Under the pieces are notes generated by a model that did not search any database, had not been told where the DNA came from, and was given only the letters and a program-made list of their open reading frames with translations. Below are positions 20,149-31,964 of a stretch of DNA of 64,000 nt, piece by piece; the stretch's first letter is position 1, and each line of letters begins with the position of its first letter. The stretch lies in assembly GCA_963734885.1 (NCBI GenBank), contig CAVTIJ010000008.1, positions 246,952 to 310,951 of the forward strand, given 5' to 3'. This DNA is from an uncultured Bacteroidales bacterium (GTDB taxonomy: Bacteria; Bacteroidota; Bacteroidia; Bacteroidales; VadinHA17). The translations under genes and the position numbers were made by a program.

Positions 20149-20521
20149 TCAATTATTTGGCATTCCATTTTTTACCCAGATATCAAACTGTGAAACCGAG
20201 CAGGCATCCAGTTTTCCGCCTGGAGGCATGGGAAAAGGCCCGGTTCTTTTAATAGCAGCGACAATTTTTGCTGAATTAGCTGATACGTCTGCAATAAGCC
20301 TGCAGATGAATTCCCGCGCCAAATGATGCATTTGCATTTGAATGGCATGAGTAACAGTTATTGCTGAGCATCGGAGTTATGGTACCACTGAATGTAACAT
20401 TCACGGTATCGCATGTAGTAGTCAATGTTGGATATAATGCTTCCTCATTGTCATAATAACAGGAGACAAAGAAAAATGAAAATATTGCTGCTATTGCTAT
20501 TGATGTAATTATTCGCTTCAT
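20149..20521 (-). CDS. small lipoprotein with a CxxCH motif (one frame break)
   Basis: Lipobox FFFVSC. NNCYSCH followed by ..FDIWVKNGMPNN parallels the C-terminal module of the upstream paralogue. Confidence 0.5.
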
Positions 20522-20534
20522 TTTAAATGAATTA

Positions 20535-21533
20535 CTAATTATTTAACGAACCGTTTTTGATCCAGATTTCAAATTGTTTTATTCTGCAAGCAGAGAAGGT
20601 GCTTCCTATCGGCATTTGCGGAACTCCAGTTCCTTTAAGGGCATTAATAAGTATTCCATTGTTAGCAATAGTTGCAATATCAGTGTAAGTAGCCAGTGAC
20701 ACATTCCCCGATGCGGCAGAGCTGCTGTGGCATCCCAGGCATGAAGTTTGAATTATGGGCCAGATAGTTCCGGAAAAAGTAACAGGATTTATTGTATCGC
20801 AAATTTCACCGCAGTTCTCATTGAGCGCTCCGTAACCAATCCATTTACCAATAGAATCAATTTCTGCTGTTGTCAGTGGAGGGCTTCCTGACGGAGGCAT
20901 TTTTGATTCCCCGCCGCTTGTTATCGCACGGTATAATCGGCTTGAGCCGGGATTCCCCGGAGTAACGGAACTCAATATATTTGTATAGGTTGTATAGTTA
21001 TAACCTTCTCTGTGGGTAATAGCATCATGGCATGAAGCAGTTGCACATCGGGATATAATGACAGGAAGAATATCGCGGGAAAAGCAAGCGCGTGCAACAT
21101 AATTCGAACTGGTTCCAGTGCCCGGAGGCGGAGTTGTTCCGGTCACATCCGGACAGGTTGTTAAGTTAGCGCCCTGTTCAATCCATACCCTTATCTTAGT
21201 CCGGTTTACCAGCGAAAGCGGCTGCTTTGGAGGCATCAGGTTTTCCCACTTTGAAATGATTGCCTGATAAGCACGGCTGTTGTTGGGATTTCCGGGTGTG
21301 ATCTCACGCATTATGTCAGCATAATTATTCAATGACATTCGCGATTCCCTTCCTCCTCCATCGTGACAACCGGCAATGGCACAATTATTTACAAATATTG
21401 GCAGCACTTCGCCTGTAAAACAAACTTCAGGCAGGTTAGCAATATTGGCGACATGTGTGCAGGAAGTTATCCAGGAAAATACCGTAAGTAATATTAATAA
21501 GCTGAGAAACAAGTAGATCTTATCAGGCTTCAT
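20535..21533 (-). CDS. lipoprotein with three cytochrome-c-like modules (two Cx4CH, one CxxCH)
   Basis: Each of NNCAIAGCH, SRCATASCH and TSCLGCH is followed about 50 residues later by MPP/MPI and a W(I)..GA/NG block. The organisation resembles PSCyt-type domains. Confidence 0.55.
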   Translation of the reverse strand: MKPDKIYLFLSLLILLTVFSWITSCTHVANIANLPEVCFTGEVLPIFVNNCAIAGCHDGGGRESRMSLNNYADIMREITPGNPNNSRAYQAIISKWENLMPPKQPLSLVNRTKIRVWIEQGANLTTCPDVTGTTPPPGTGTSSNYVARACFSRDILPVIISRCATASCHDAITHREGYNYTTYTNILSSVTPGNPGSSRLYRAITSGGESKMPPSGSPPLTTAEIDSIGKWIGYGALNENCGEICDTINPVTFSGTIWPIIQTSCLGCHSSSAASGNVSLATYTDIATIANNGILINALKGTGVPQMPIGSTFSACRIKQFEIWIKNGSLNN

Positions 21534-21654
21534 AAGTGGTTAAAGGATTAGTAAACGTATTAACAATTGATGTACGCAAATTGTTTCCAAATATTGTTTA
21601 ACATAATGTGATAAAGAACACTCAAAATATTCGAATTAGGGGTGTTAAAAAAAC

Positions 21655-21763
21655 ATTAACCGCAAAGAACGTAAAGGAGGCGCAAAGCGCAAAGCTAAAA
21701 CAATTATAACATTAAGTTCTTTGCGACCTTTGCGTAAATTCTTTGCGACCTTTGCGGTTAATG
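21655..21763. repeat. ORF-less palindromic element, CATTAACCGCAAAG...CTTTGCGGTTAATGG
   Basis: The arms are built from GCAAAG / CTTTGC words with a ~30-nt AT-rich centre. It lies 16 nt downstream of the NUDIX gene stop. Confidence 0.75.
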
Positions 21764-21778
21764 GATTTTAAAAATCCG

Positions 21779-22297
21779 CTAATACTGTTCTTTGATAAAT
21801 AGTAATTTAATTTCATGTTCAAAATTCGGAGTAAAAATATTCTTCCCTAAATTTAGTTTAATATCCTCAATAGACCAATAGCGTCCCTCTGCTATTTCGC
21901 TTTTGTTTATTTCAGGTATCTCGTCGGAAATTGTTGAATATGAGTTAATCAATTCTCTTTCCCTTGATGATTGCCAGATATACCTGGTCAGGAAGTGGGG
22001 CGTAAATCCGGTCAACCCAAGCTCTTCTTCTGCTTCACGAAGCAATGCTTTCTCTATCGATTCATCCAGCCCAACATGTCCACCCACCGAAGTGTCCCAT
22101 TTTCCCGGTTCAATATCCTTTGTACCGGCTCTTTTTTGAAGGAATAGTTCACCTCTTGTATTAAAAAGATGAAGATGAACAACAGGATGGAGCAGCATGC
22201 TCTTCCCGTTATGGCACACACGGCGCAACGCTTTGCCTGTCACATTCCCCTCTTCATCAACAACCGGGAACCATTCTTCGGGATCGTTGTAATTCAT
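21779..22297 (-). CDS. NUDIX hydrolase
   Basis: Nudix box GGHVGLDESIEKALLREAEEELGL. Starting at M16 avoids overlap with pbpC. Confidence 0.8.
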   Translation of the reverse strand: MNYNDPEEWFPVVDEEGNVTGKALRRVCHNGKSMLLHPVVHLHLFNTRGELFLQKRAGTKDIEPGKWDTSVGGHVGLDESIEKALLREAEEELGLTGFTPHFLTRYIWQSSRERELINSYSTISDEIPEINKSEIAEGRYWSIEDIKLNLGKNIFTPNFEHEIKLLFIKEQY

Positions 22298-22320
22298 GTG
22301 GCAAAGGTAGGGAAAATAGC

Positions 22321-24653
22321 TCATATTATCCCAAACCCGCACCCTATCATGTTACCATCTTCATCAACAGCCGTTAGAACATGATTACCCGACCCTGCTG
22401 ACATTTCAATCTGATGTATGTACCGGGTTGTTCCTATATATGTTTCATCCAGATGCCAGAATATCTTTTTTGAAGGGTTCCGGTGAACCACTTCAGCAAT
22501 AACTTTTGTCAGCTCGCCTGTATGATCACGCGGGATGAATATTTTTATGCCTGAAGTCGGATAAATGAATTCCATAACAGGTATGTTCTTGCCTGTCAGA
22601 CAACCTGCGGCAACAGGAGGAAGCGTTCTGTATTCCGTATGTTTCTTTTTATAGAAGTATTCCATGGCAGGCGGCAGAACAAACCACGATTCATTTTTAA
22701 TTTCACCGGGAGATTCACATTCCGATGTAACCTGCAGTGTCCGCGATTTATTCAGGTGAACGATCTGATGATATGGACAGGCTTCAGTTTTCAATCCGGC
22801 CAGACAAGCGGGTATTTCAGTTGTTTCAGGGCAATCCGGACCAGCCCTGAAGCCGCTTTTTGAACAAACCCTTATCATTGTCAGATCTTCATTGGGAACC
22901 TTAAACCACGTACCTGATCCCATAAGATTGACGAGGTCAAACATTAAAGGCGCTGCGGCAGTAATTCCGGTCAATCCCGGTCTGCCTTCGCCTGTTGCGT
23001 TTCCGACCCACACTCCCACAACATATCCCGGAGTTGTTCCGACAGCCCAGCCATCCCTGAATCCAAAACTGGTTCCCGTCTTCCAGGCAAGTCCACGGGA
23101 AGTTGAAAAATACTGCCATCCTGATTCGGTCTCGGGTCTGTTTACTTTCTGGAGAGCTTCATAAGTGAGCCATATCGATGAGGCAGAAAGGGGAGGATCG
23201 GCCTCCATTGTTTTCATTGTATCACCCTTTTCTATTAAAATCAGATTAGGAGAATGATAATCTTCCCTGACATACTTTTTTTCTTTCAGGAATCTGTTTA
23301 AAACCCTCGAAAGAGAAGCATAGACGCCCGTCAGTTCCCACAAAGAAGTCTCTCCTCCACCGAGTATAAGCGAGAGCCCATAATAATCAGCAGGTTTATT
23401 AAATGTCGTAAATCCTGTCCTGTGAAGAAGATCGAGGAATCTTTCAGGATTGTACTTCTGGAGCATCTTTACTGCAGGGATATTAAGAGACTGTGAAAGC
23501 GCAGTGCCGGCATTCACAGCGCCACTGAAACTCTGGTCAAAGTTTTTTGGCGAAAATCCAGGAAACCTTGTCGGAACATCTGCAATCAGAGTGTTTGGAA
23601 GTATCTCACCGGAATATTGCATTCCCGCGTAAAGAACAGGTTTAAGAATACTTCCCGTACTTCGCCGGGACTGGATGATATCAACTTCACTGCCGTGAGC
23701 GCCCGATTCTGCAATGGTGCTGTTGCCAACATAGACGAGGACATTTCCTGTTTCAACTTCAACTATCAGACAAGCAGAATTGAAAATGTAGTTTCCTGAA
23801 AGATCCTTCTGATGTGAATTTAAAATTTCAGTTGCCCTTTCCTGCAACCTGGCATCAATAGTGGTTCTTGTAACCTTACCTTTGCTTGTCATAAAGAAAT
23901 GATCAGTAAGATGAGGAGCTTTCGCCGGGAGTGGCTTAGGTTCCCCGGGAAGTGGCTCGTCAAGGGCAAGTACCAGGGTCAGTGAATCAATATACTTTCT
24001 TTCAAATAGTTTTTTAAGAAGGTCATCACGTCTGTTTTTAAGTATTTCCTGATTTCTTCCTGGGAAAACAAGTGACGGGGAATTGGGAAGGATTGCCAGC
24101 GCTGCCGATTCTGCCCAGGTTAAATCGGCTGAAGATTTTGCTGCATATCGCCACGCTGCAGCTTCAAGGCCTACAGTGTTTCCCCCGAATGGAGCATTGG
24201 CAGTGTATAACTTCAGGATGCTTTTTTTTGATCTGAATAACTCCAGTTTCAGTGCGGAAAGCATTTCAATGATCTTCTCCTTATAAGTCCTGGGCTTATT
24301 TCCCCTTGAGATCCTGGCAACCTGCATTGTAATTGTGCTTCCCCCGCTTACAATCTCACCTGCCTTAATATTATTTCTGAAAGCTCTGATTATTGAAACA
24401 GGGTTAACTCCGGGGTGATAATAAAACCATTTGTCCTCAAATGTGAGCAGTGACTTTTTCAAATTTCTCAGGCACTAATCCGGAGGTGGAAATCTCCATT
24501 GTCCGTCGTCAGCTATTCTTGCTCCAAGCAGACTGCCGTCTTTAGCTTCCACCACAGTTGCCAGAGGCTGGTTGAATTTTGGCAATGGAGAAAACAAAAC
24601 CGGAGTAATTACAACTCCGGCTGAAATAATAAATATTTTTAGTTTTCTGTTCA
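22321..24653 (-). CDS. pbpC: penicillin-binding protein 1C (frame break near 24470 separates the N-terminal anchor)
   Basis: Glycosyltransferase motifs EDKWFYYHPGVNP and GGSTITMQ, transpeptidase motifs STGSILKP and KTGTS. The N-terminal TM segment (LNRKLKIFIISAGVVIT) lies in another frame from 24653. Confidence 0.85.
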
Positions 24654-27600
24654 ATTTATTCTCCTGTCACTTTTACCTGGTTCCCCGGAATCCTGGAATA
24701 ACAATTTGGTAATATACATTGCTTCGCACCAGACAGACGGTTGATAAAACTCACCCTTATATGCGGCATTCAGGATCAGTACAAATGTTTTTGTTTGTCC
24801 CTGTGTCAGATTGAAATAAGTATAAACCCTGTCGTCTCTGAAGTCGCGATAATCCATCGGGCTTTCCTTCACGCCAAAGTCCGCCTCAAACAATCTGGTA
24901 TTTTGAATTTCCCACCCTGAAGGAACCATCTCGCTGAGTGCAATATTATCTATCTCAGCAAAGGTATTATTTGTGACTTTTACTACCATCATAAAATCTG
25001 ATCCCTGTTTAAGATTTTTCTGATCGACAGGTTTCAGATCCATACCTGCATAATCGATCTTCATACTTAATCCCTTTATCTTCACGAGCTATATCGGAGA
25101 TAAGCGGCACTCCCTTTCTTGTAAGAGTCACATAAAGAGGTTTCTCTGAATGTATTTTCAACAATCAGCGAATTATTTTCATTGTTCTGCCTGAGATCTT
25201 TTGACCATACCTTTTTGAAGGCTACAGTCTGATCCGATTTGGCTCCGTTAAATGTGAATTTTAGTATTTGAAGAACTGTTTTTGATCACCGGGAATGATC
25301 TCGGTCCATTTCATATATGAAACAGTCCCCATGCAATTGACTGGGTGCTGAGCCATGAATTATTATTAAAATTGTCGCAGATCAATTTCAAAAGAGGCAA
25401 GAGCCTGCTCTTCATTTTTAAGAAGTGTCAGGGTATATAAGAATGATTGCTTTATCGCGCATTTCACTGCCATAATAATAATTGTAATATTCCTGTTCAG
25501 TTGTTGTGTTTCTGACGTCGAGCAGGGCAGTGGCAACTTCCGGGCGACCGGTTGTTGCAAAAGCTGCTGCCAGCAGCCATTGTCGATAACTGAGGAATCC
25601 CTGAAGATTCCCTTAATCTGTTCATAGCGCCTTTTTCAGGCTGGCCTGCAAGAGCAAGTGTAAAAAGTCTGTATGCCTGATCGTTGGCTGACTGTTTGTA
25701 CCTGGCGTCAAATCGCCAGTCCTGTGCATTTTTCTTCTGATACCTGATCCATTTCTGTCTGAATCCTGCAGGGATACTGTATCCTTTTCTTTCAGCCTCA
25801 GTCATAAAATGTCCGGCATATGAAGTTACCCAGTTATCAGGCTGTGAAGAACCAGGCCATAAGAGCTATCCCTCCATTGATCATCTGTCTTGAGATCAGC
25901 ATATTGATTGCCTGTGATAATATTTGCCGAAGTAGTTTTGGCAACAGCAGCATCATTTGAGGTGAGTTCGTTGAGCCATAGTTGAGGAAATGCTGCTGAG
26001 GTGATCTGTTCTGAACAGCCATACGGATAATCAAGAAGATATTCCATCCTTTTTTCAAGATTGATCGAAGGAAGGGCTGAGACCTCCAGTTTAGCGGAGT
26101 TTGAACCTTCAATACCGAATGGTTTAAATGTGGATTCATATTTTTCACCCTTTCTTATAATTTTAACTTCGGCCCGCACTTCAGGAGGATTAGGACTCCT
26201 TATTTCCAATTCCATATTATATGAAGCGCTTTCGCCTCCACCGGTGGCGACACGGTTATTTTTGCAACACCCGTTTTCTCTCCTGCAGTGAACGAAAATT
26301 CAGATTCTTTTTCACCGGTACCAGAAACTGAAATTGTTTTTGTTTTCTCTGAAAAGCTTATAAGCTCATTTCCTTCTGCCTTGATTGTAATATCTTTTAT
26401 TCCGTCTTTCTGAATGAAAAGTGAAACTGGAAGAGATACTTTTTCCCCGGGACTTACGACACGTGGAGCAGTAACAAGTATCATCAGGGGATCCTTTACC
26501 AGACAGATTTCTCAGCGAATCCGAAAGCCCTGTCACTTCCGGCAATGACCATAGTTCTTACCGATCCGGTATATTGTGGCAGAGTTATTTTATGAATATT
26601 TGTTTTTCCGGCATTCAGCATAAACGGTCCGAGGAATTTTACCACAGGTACAAATCTCCTGGCTTTGTTGGCTGTTTTATCTACAACTGTTTCATCCCCA
26701 CCGATTGCAAAGACTCTTTCAAGAGTTCCTCCGAATGCTCCGAGAACAAAATCGTAAAGATCCCATGTCTGGACACCAAGTGCCTCACGGGCATAGAAAT
26801 ATTTCCATGGATCGGGGGTTTTGAATCCTGTAATATCAAGTAAGTCCTTCATCCACAACTGCCAGTGTATAGCTCATTGACTTCTTGTTGGATTCGCTGA
26901 CCTTGATCTCCACTTCTTTTTGCGACCGTATTTCATCGGGCATCTCAATTTTTGGAGCGAGTCTCGTTTCGGGATCCTCTACCATCACAGGAACAATGCC
27001 GTACAGCCTCATTGGCATATCGTTAATGGTTTGGGCATGAGGTTGAATCACAGTTACATAAGCATATACATTAGGCGCCATTTCCGGTTTTGCCATAAAG
27101 GAGACAACGGTGCTTCCTTTTCCGGTGTTTACTGATATTTCATCCAGAACACCGGTTGCATTTTCAAGAGTCACTATTGCCCTGGCATTTTCAGGTGCAG
27201 GGAAAGACAGTTTGACCTCGTCTCCGGGATTATACTTCTCTTTATCGGTGCTTACTGCAAGCAGCGTAGCGCCTTCAGAATTTCCCTTTGCTCCATATTC
27301 CCAGGGCCAGTCAATAAGTAGAATTTTCCCGGTGGAATGCCCGGTGGGTGTTGTTGCCCTGACAAGGTACCGGCCCCAGTCTTTCTTTTCAATACTAAAA
27401 GTAAAAGAGCCTTCTCCTCCTGATGTTGTGATGGTTTTTTTGAGTACAGGTTTATAGTTGTTGTTTGAGATGAAAGAAGCGAGATCTTCCTCGTCCGATT
27501 CCCACCACCACCGGTAAGATATTTTATAGATCGTAATTTCAACTTCAGACCTTACAGGTTTCCCTTTTTCATCAACAGTAATAAGTTTGACCATATTGTC

Positions 27601-30240
27601 AGCATCGGTAAAGAGCATCCTGCTTTTCCCTTTTAAACCCGGGAGGTTGATCCCAGCAAAAACAGGATATGGGGCATATTTATAGGTAGTTTGTGTAATG
27701 CTTTCATCACCTCCTGGTTCTGAAGCCTTTGCAGTAAAGACAGCATTCAGCATGCCGGGTGCATTAATATCTTTTCCCGGATCAAATTCAACTGTGGCAT
27801 TTCCGTTTGCATCAACCGCGTCCTTAAAAATATTTACAGTCTCGGAATGGAACTCACTGATAGGATCATCAAATTCGTACTGCCCGTATTTTTCAAATTC
27901 GGTTTTTGTACGTTTCAGGATATAGTCAACTGATGCTTGAAGATTCTTCGCAACTGATCCGTTAAGCCATTTAACATTAAGTGTGCCTTTTGAAACAGGA
28001 TTCGATCCGCCAAGGACGTCTCCCTGGAAATTCAGGTTTATTTTAAGCCTGTTCGGTTTTACAGTTTCAATCCTTACGCGTTTCGTGAATGTTGCACCTC
28101 CGATTTTGAACTGAGCGGTATAGTTTCCAGTGACAGCATCAGGTGTTGTCTTTGAAGTAAATACAAGAAGATTGCTTTTTTCAGGTTTCTGCACCTGGTT
28201 GTCAACTTTCTGTTCCAGTGGATTGATAAGCTCAAACTGGACAGGATGACCCTCAGGCAGATCGCTCTTCATATCTTTGATGAAAATTGAAAGGAAAATG
28301 GAATCACCTGGCCGCCATACATCGCGGTCGCCATAAATAAATGCCTTTATTCCGTTTTCGGGTTTATTTCCTGCAACATCAAATGAACTCAAAGAAAGGG
28401 ATGAGCCATCATTAATTTTAAGCTAGTTCCGGTCCTTATCTTTTTTTGCAACTATCAGAAATGGTTTCCTTTCGCAGAATATTGTTGCTGATCCATCCTG
28501 TTTTGTCGTCGTTGAGGAGATAAGCTGCATCTGTAAATCAAAAATATCTAAAGAAACTTCACTTAAAGGTTGTGCAGTCAAAAGATCGCTGGCCATGACA
28601 TGAACGATATTATCATCGCCTTTCTTTGCCATCAATCCGATATTTGAAGCAAGGATGTTTCTTGTAACTTTTTTATCGGGACTATAATAAGCATCATTGG
28701 AAGGATTATTCCGTTCATTCCAGTCGTATCCTGACTGGTAATAAAGCTCATCCTCATAGTCTTCATAGTAATTTTCAGGATCATCCCAGAATGCCCGGCT
28801 TTGTTCTTCTGAATGTGCAAGGGCCTGTTCATATTTACTTACTTCTCCGGTATTAGCTCCAGGATATAGAGAATATGATCTTCTCATACCCAGTTCAACT
28901 TTATAAAGCACACCGGGCTCAATATCAATATAATCTGGCAAGATCAATTGTGTACAAATTCCACGATCCTTCGTTCATGGCGGATCCTGTAACCAGATCG
29001 ACTCTTCCCTGAATAAACGGGACGTCCGAACTTGTTTTATATAACTGTTGCCATCAAGGTCATTTTCCTGAAGAAAATAGGGAAGGTTATTGTCAAATAT
29101 CTTTGATAATTTTAAGATCAACGGACTTTAAGATTAACAGCTCTGAATGGGAATATAAGGTTTTTAGAAGCAGGGAGAATAATTCCTTTTCCTTCTGCAA
29201 CAATTGACGGATACCACGACGTAAAATCGAGTTTTTTAGCGAATGATGAAGTCAGGTTTACGCCTTTATTATTCTTAACTGATGATTCAACACTCAGGTA
29301 TCACAATTCCCTGCAATCGTTTTGCCGGGAATATACTGATAACATTTGAAACGATGCTTACAGTATTTTCAGCAGAAGGAGCAAAGTGGATAAGACCTTC
29401 TGTCTCCTGTGAAGGATCAATGACATCAGAGAAAATGATATCAATCTTCTGGCTGTCATCTGAGCCTGAAGTAAGTACATCAAGAACACTAAACTCTCCC
29501 AATGGCGGAACATTGATTATAGATGAGCCATTTTGTTTTATTCCGTAAGAGGAACCATCCCATGAAATTTTAAGCTCCTGGGGTTTATCTGACCGGTTGA
29601 TATCCTTAATTAGAATTTATGTATCAGGTTAAAGAATGATCCCAGGTATAATCATCATTCCTTTTCTTCCAAGATTTGCTTAGAGATAGTTTTCAGCTTC
29701 AGATGGTTCGATGAAATCAGAGGCAATATCTGACCATGTCAACTGATAACTCGTTCCAGACTGCATCAGGACATTCCAGTGCGCTTATGGTAATCATGAA
29801 GTCCTTTTTCAGCGTCTGTATCCTCAGAGGGAAAACTTTTAAGTTTTTCTTTGACATCAGAGAGTTTACCAAGATTCAGACCGCCTGTATATGTTGTTTC
29901 TGGTATCAAGCGGTCGTGATGGAGTGAAGACAAGAGTTGTTTCGTCTTTCCATTCTGTTTTACCCTTTATTGACGGTTCAAATACAAATAGCCCTGAAGC
30001 AGATTTATTTGCTTTAGAGGCAAAATCGGGAGTAAACCGGATTTCAATGGTTGAATTGGCGGGAACGGTGCCGGAAGTATAGCCTGTGATAAAGTCACTG
30101 AATCCTTTATCAAGTGGCATATTCACCGGGATCTCTGCAACCTGACCTTTTGAGGTTTGATGCGATTTATTATCTTTTATGCCGCAGGAGGATATAATAA
30201 AAAGGGCGAAAAGAAATGAAAAAAGTTTGGAGGCGTTCAT
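24651..30240 (-). pseudogene. alpha-2-macroglobulin family lipoprotein, fragmented into 8 or more pieces
   Basis: Lipobox N-terminus at 30240 (FIISSCG). Thioester motif GCSEQ at about 26006-26017. ORF pieces are 29866-30240, 28423-28947, 26836-28392, 26496-26858, 26200-26484, 25826-26215, 25497-25805 and 24651-25085. There is an in-frame TAG at 28423-28425, and no long ORF across 28948-29865. Confidence 0.8.
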
Positions 30241-30384
30241 CTTCAGGGGAATTAGTTAAAGGTTAATCAGATTAGTGAAAACAATATACGAAAAAATGTC
30301 TAAGTATAATAGATGATAGGTGATGTGGAATAATACAAAGGACAAAACGTAAAGTACAGAGGTAATGAGTTATACATTTCCCGT

Positions 30385-30634
30385 CCTTCAAAAGGCTAAT
30401 CTTACATCATATTTTGGTAATCCCTGGGAGATCCTTCATCTTCCGCAAGATAAAAAAATTGTCATTTGAGCTCCATATACTTTATTGCGGAAATTGAAGG
30501 ATCCCCTTCTCTTAGTCAGCAATTCTCCTGCCTCGCTTTGGCGGGGGAAATTTTTTTATGCAGTATCTCCTTCGTCCCTAAAGTTAGGTTGGAGGCTATG
30601 CCCTTTTGGCAGTGTGCAGAAAGGGGAGTGGGGC
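30385..30634. repeat. diverged short-form copy of the 575-bp repeat unit
   Basis: ggctaatcttacatca...ccctgggagatccttcatcttccgcaagataaaaa...ttgcggaaattgaaggatccccttctct...tatgcagtatctcc...aagttaggttggaggctatgcc is collinear with the 45.3-47.4 kb unit. It lacks the ~177-nt segment holding hairpins H2 and H3. Confidence 0.7.
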
Positions 30635-31537
30635 TTACGGTTTCACCATCTCAGCCCTGAGTTTGGCGATATAATCTTTAATCTTATCGAGAGTTTCGAC
30701 TGATACTTTCATATTGCTTCCTGAAGACCGGAAAACCTGCTTTGCAGTATCAATCTCGAGGTCACCTTTTTTGAAGTAGATATCAAACGAGTCGAAATAG
30801 TTTTTCAGGTACTTTAATTTCTTCGAATAATAGACAACAACAGGATCATCATAATAGTTTTTCAGGAAGCTGAGCAGAGTTGTCAGAGTATATTTTTGCT
30901 GTGCTATTTTCTGAACAACCTCAGGATCTGGTTTTGCAGGATCATAAACCAGTTGCGTGGCGATATACATTGCCTCTATCCAGCCTCCCATTACCATTAA
31001 TCCTGCAGTGCTTTCTCTGCCTCCTTCACGAAGATGGGATTCCATTTTAGTATAGGCATCGTTCATCAGGAAAAGGATGGTATCCGGCTCAGACATGTCG
31101 CTCTGCACTTTTTTGATTGGTTCGGTAAGGTAACTGTCAGGAATTCCCAGCTTATTGCTCATTTCCCTGATTGTAACCATATAATCGATCATTTTCTGGC
31201 CTAACCCAAACAACTTGAGATACCCGAAATCGACTCCGTATATTCCTGTGTTAATAGAAGCCTTGGAACTGCTCAGGTAAAGGTCCTTATTTGTTATCGG
31301 GTTTAATATATCATTGTTGTATGGAGTACCGAGCCTATTGAAGATATTACAAACTTCCACAGGAGTCAGAATTCCATAATAGATCTCATTTTTTGTGGTC
31401 AGGTCTTTCTTCTTAAGTGAATCGTTATTGTAAGTTGAAAAAACCGGAACATAAGATTCTTTCTCTTTCCCTCCATTCTTACAGGAAAAGACGAGAGGCA
31501 GGAGAAGTACTAAAAGCAGGGGCAGAGGTTTTTTCAT
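30635..31537 (-). CDS. hypothetical lipoprotein
   Basis: 300-aa ORF with a lipobox (LPLVFSC). No recognisable catalytic motif. Confidence 0.5.
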   Translation of the reverse strand: MKKPLPLLLVLLLPLVFSCKNGGKEKESYVPVFSTYNNDSLKKKDLTTKNEIYYGILTPVEVCNIFNRLGTPYNNDILNPITNKDLYLSSSKASINTGIYGVDFGYLKLFGLGQKMIDYMVTIREMSNKLGIPDSYLTEPIKKVQSDMSEPDTILFLMNDAYTKMESHLREGGRESTAGLMVMGGWIEAMYIATQLVYDPAKPDPEVVQKIAQQKYTLTTLLSFLKNYYDDPVVVYYSKKLKYLKNYFDSFDIYFKKGDLEIDTAKQVFRSSGSNMKVSVETLDKIKDYIAKLRAEMVKP

Positions 31538-31675
31538 CCTGGTATAATTTATTCAAAAATAGTAATAAATATGATTTGGGGATAAATTTGAGAAACAAAC
31601 AAAGGAGGTATCGAAAATAGCAAGCTTTGTCTTTCACTGCGTCAGACCCCCAAGCGCACTAAAGGACCCCTCATT

Positions 31676-31800
31676 CAAAACTTCCTTCCCCGATAAACCC
31701 CAAATTGCATTGTCATCCTGAATTTCACTGGTACGTAGCTTGCGGAATACCAGTGAAATGAAGGATCCCCTTCTCTTTTTAAGCAATTTTGTAAAAAGAT
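31676..31800. repeat. partial copy of the 575-bp repeat unit (right half of H2, H3, 3' strand of P1)
   Basis: cttccttccccgataaaccccaaattgcattgtcatcctgaatttcactggtacgtagcttgcggaataccagtgaaatgaaggatccccttctcttt aligns with unit positions equivalent to 46086-46180. Confidence 0.7.
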
Positions 31801-31964
31801 GTGATGCAAGATTAGCTCCTTCAACAGGAGAGGGAATTATTATCCTTAATTTCAACTACTTGCCCTTTATTTTCTAAATTCAACTCGTTGAGTTTATGCC
31901 CATACCAGAATGATATTCTAGTAAATACGTTTGTTTTTAAGGCCGGCGTTATAACAATCCAGCA

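Noticed and set aside
30466-31855. ORFs 30466-30660, 30485-30703 (+) and 31634-31855 (-)
   Set aside because: They lie on the dispersed copies of the 575-bp repeat family or overlap the well-supported lipoprotein gene. They are likely spurious.
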